Below are positions 60,502-64,000 of a stretch of DNA of 64,000 nucleotides, piece after piece. Made by a program: the position numbers and the translations under genes. Source of the DNA: Eledone cirrhosa (lineage: Eukaryota); assembly GCA_964016885.1 (NCBI GenBank), contig OZ024740.1:308388001-308452000 (forward strand). The letters are read 5' to 3'. Below the pieces are notes generated by a model that saw only the letters and a program-made list of their open reading frames with translations, ran no database searches and had not been told where the DNA came from. Numbering within the stretch: position 1 is the first letter of the stretch; each line of letters begins with the position of its first letter.

Positions 60502-61019
60502 GTAAGTATTATTTGTAGTGCACATTACTTATTGTTATTGATGATGACTAATTCTAATCAAACAAACCTGAAGCCATCATTCAACATAACTGTTTTATTT
60601 TTATTGTGGCCATATTGTATCAAGATTTACATCAGGAAGTCTGTTATTCCCAAGATAAGAGGGAGATTTTACAGCTACATTGAGCTTTTGGGGAGATATT
60701 CATACAGACACACACATATACACAGAAATCTGTGTATATATCATCATCATTGTCGTTTTAATGTCCACTTTCTCTGCTAGCAAGGGTTGGATGGTTCCAC
60801 ATAGACCAAGTCAGTACTGAAGTGGAGCCACAGATCTCCCAGGCAGGCCAGGGACCTGTGTCTCACTTTTAGTACAGTCAACACTCCACTGACCCTTTTG
60901 TTACAGTAGTTTCAGTTGATTGAAATTTTTTCACACTTGCTATATTCAGAATTTGAGATTTTATTTATATACACTCAGTTATTTTCACCTCTACTTTTTG
61001 TTAATATATAGACACACAT

Positions 61020-62456
61020 ACACATCTTATAATATATAACCAGCAATTTCTCTGTTTGTCTGTCTGTCCGACAGTGGAAACACGTGTGCGCGTGCGAATG
61101 TTTTTTGCGCACGCGTAGAGAGAGAGAGTGAGAGTGAAAGAAAGAGACAGACTACGAGAGGGGGATAGCGGGAGAGAGAGAGAGTGAATAGACGCTAAAA
61201 CACGTGCGCGCGTGCGAATGTTTTTTGCGCACACGTAGAGAGAGAGTGAGAGTGAAAGAAAGAGGGAGAGAGGGGGGAATTGAGGAGTGCTACAGAAACA
61301 TATATACATTTCTGTGTGTGTGTAATATATATATATATACATTTCTGTGTGTGTAATATATATGTATATACACACAGAAATATATATACATTTCTGTGTG
61401 TGTAATATATATATACACACACAGAAATATATATACATTTCTGTGTGTGTAATATATATATATATATATATACCATATATATATATATACCGCCAGACAG
61501 TCCACGCTGTAATGTGGCCGTGTAGGCAACACAGTAAAAACCTCCCAGCCCCACACTGTAAATGTGGTTGATGTTAGGAAGGGCATCCAGCTGTAGAAAA
61601 CCCGCCAGACAGTCCTATGCGAGCAAGACAACCACTCTTGCCTCAAGTGGGAAAACTCCCGTCCAAACCCATGCAAGCGTGGAACATGGACGTTAAACGA
61701 TGATGATGATATATACACACACAGAAATATATGGGCATTTCTCTGTTTGTCTGTCTGTCCTTCCCTAAAACTCAAATGTAGGTGCTACAGAAATATTACC
61801 TTCCCCTTCCTTTTTCCACTTTGGTACTACCAAGAGAAACACTGTCGCTATAGAAACATTACCTTCCCCTCTCCACTGACTTTGGTCACTGAGGCCGAGG
61901 GAATCGCTGGTTGCTATAGAGACACCTTGCACAAGCCAGAAGTAACCAGTTCGAGGCGGTTCTGACTTGACACCATGCCAAGGACCATTTGAAGAAGGTT
62001 GCCATTGAATTTGTGGTTTGAAGAAGGTTGCCATTGAATTTGTGGTTGTTGCTGCTGATAATCTCCTTATAATATATAACCAGCAATTTCTCTGTGTCTG
62101 TGTGTCCGACAGTGGAAACACGTGCGCACGTGCGAATGTTTTTTGCGCACGCATAGAGAGTGAGAGTGAAAGAAAGAGACAGACTGAGAGAGATAGAGTG
62201 AATAGATGCTAAAACACGTGCGCACGTGCGAATGTTTTTTGCGCACGCGTAGAGAGAGAGAGTGAAAGAAAGAGACAGACTACAAGAGGGGGAGAGAGGG
62301 GGGAATTGAGGAGTGCTACAGAAACATATATACATTTCTGTGTGTGTGTAATATATATATATATACACACACAGAAATATATATACATTTCTGTGTGTGT
62401 AATATATATATATATATATATACACAGAGAAATATATATACATTTCTGTGTGTGTA

Positions 62457-62487
<31 letters not shown>

Positions 62488-62834
62488 GAAATATATATAT
62501 ATACACACAGAAATATATATACATTTCTGTGTGTGTAATATATATATATATATATACACAGAGAAATATATATACATTTCTGTGTGTGTAATATATATAT
62601 ATATATATACTAGATTTGCTCGCAGAAAACCGCCCACCGGGTGGTTTTCTGCTAGTCTCCTTATAATATATAACCAGCAATTTCTCTGTCTGTCCGACAG
62701 TGGAAACACGTGCACGTGTGCGAATGTTTTTTGCGCACGCGTAGAGAGAGAGACTACAAGAGGGGGATAGGGGAGGGAGAGAGGGGGAATTGAGGAGTGC
62801 TACAGAAACATATATACATTTCTGTGTGTGTGTA

Positions 62835-62865
<31 letters not shown>

Positions 62866-63005
62866 GAAATATATATACATTTCTGTGTGTGTAATATATA
62901 TATATATATACACACAGAAATATATATACATTTCTGTATGTGTAATATATATATATATACACACACAGAAATATATATACATTTCTGTGTGTGTAATATA
63001 TATAT
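61020..63005. repeat. Complex repeat: three copies of a ~250-300-bp unit interleaved with palindromic acacagaaat(at)n-acatttctgtgt microsatellites; possibly a non-autonomous Helitron-type element
   Basis: cttataatatataaccagcaatttctctg...ccgacagtggaaacacgtg recurs at ~61026, ~62066 and ~62660; hairpin cagaaaacc/ggttttctgctag at ~62620, also at ~9808. Confidence 0.7.
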
Positions 63006-63006
63006 A

Positions 63007-64000
63007 TCATCATCATCATCATCATCATCACCGTTTTACGTCCGTTCTTCCACGCTAGCATGGGTTAGACGGGTTGTCCTGTTGTGGGCAGTGTCTGGTC
63101 GGCTGACCATGCCTTGCTCATACAGGAACTGATCTGGCTTGATTTCTACAGCTGGATGCCCTTCCTAACACCAACCTCATTTACAGTGAGTGCTGGGTGC
63201 TTTTTCGTGGCGCCTACACGTCCACTTTACAGTGTGGGCTGGGTGCTTTTTTTGCCGTGGCACCTCCACGACCACCTTGCGGTGGGGGGGGGGCATATTG
63301 TTTATATGCTTCAGCATGTACCCATGGGAGGTCGGGTACCCTGTATTACTGCGTGACGCCAGAAGTCACGGTCGTGTGTCATTGACTTTGAGAGGTGTAG
63401 TTGGGTAAGGTCGGCTTTTATCACCTCATCCCAAGTCATCTTGGGTCTCCCCACTCCGCGGTTTCCATCAACTTCTAGTGCTCTGCACCTTTTTATGCAG
63501 CTGTCATCCTTCATACGCATCACATGTCCATACCAGCGTAACCGCCTCTCCTGCACGCAGCATTTGATTCCTCTTATGCTCAGTCTCTCTCTCAATTCAT
63601 TTATGCTTTGTCGTTCACGTATATTACTGTTACACATCCATCGGAGCATGCAGGCTTCGTTTCTCTCTAATCTACGTAAGTCTTCCACCTTCAGCGCCCA
63701 GGTCTCACTACCATGCAACATCGCTGTTCGGATACACGCATCATACAGTCTGCCTTTCATTCTGAGGGAGAAGCCTTTTGCAGCTAGCAGTGGTAGTAGT
63801 TCCCTAAACTTCTTCCATCCCGTTCTTACCCTAGTTATTGTACTTTCTGAGCACCCACCTCCGTTGCTAATTCGGTCACCTAGGTAGCAGAAGCTGTCTA
63901 CTGTTTCTACAGGGCCCTCCCAGAGATTGGTGGTACTTGTTTCCTGTGGCTGTTTGCTTGCTGTTTCAGCACAGCTGCTGCATGTGGATCCTACATTCTT
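63007..64000 (-). mobile_element. Second RTE LINE copy (3' portion), continuing past the window edge
   Basis: MKGRLYDACIRTAMLHGSETWAL...RRLRWYGHVMRMKDDSCIKRC; same 3' UTR and (GAT)n tail as the 49866 copy. Confidence 0.92.

Noticed and set aside
61886-63061. 391-aa ORF and the many YI/CV/HT/SL-rich ORFs in the track
   Set aside because: Translations of dinucleotide microsatellites

Overview
Eukaryotic (animal) genomic DNA: AT-rich, packed with microsatellites, with spliceosomal GT-AG introns. The repeat landscape suggests a mollusc, probably an octopod cephalopod (inference). Two spliced genes were reconstructed by hand on the + strand. (1) Six phase-consistent exons at 9615-18734 encode a HEXXH...EYWAEG zinc metalloprotease resembling bacterial anthrax-lethal-factor/PPEP-type peptidases; its 5' end was not found. 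(2) The first 14 coding exons of PRPF6 (U5 snRNP protein Prp6) lie at 34522-60501, and the gene continues past the window. The rest is transposon-derived or tandemly repeated: Penelope-like GIY-YIG fragments, RTE and CRE-type LINEs, tRNA-derived SINEs, MITEs and several minisatellites. The most notable hidden signal is about 10 sequence-diverse type I hammerhead ribozyme motifs in the first 24 kb. They often form inverted pairs beside (TA)n tracts, and I saw none inside PRPF6. There are also two diverged copies of a ~255-bp non-coding module upstream of PRPF6 in which only short blocks are conserved. All calls were made by eye with no database searches, and repeat boundaries are approximate.
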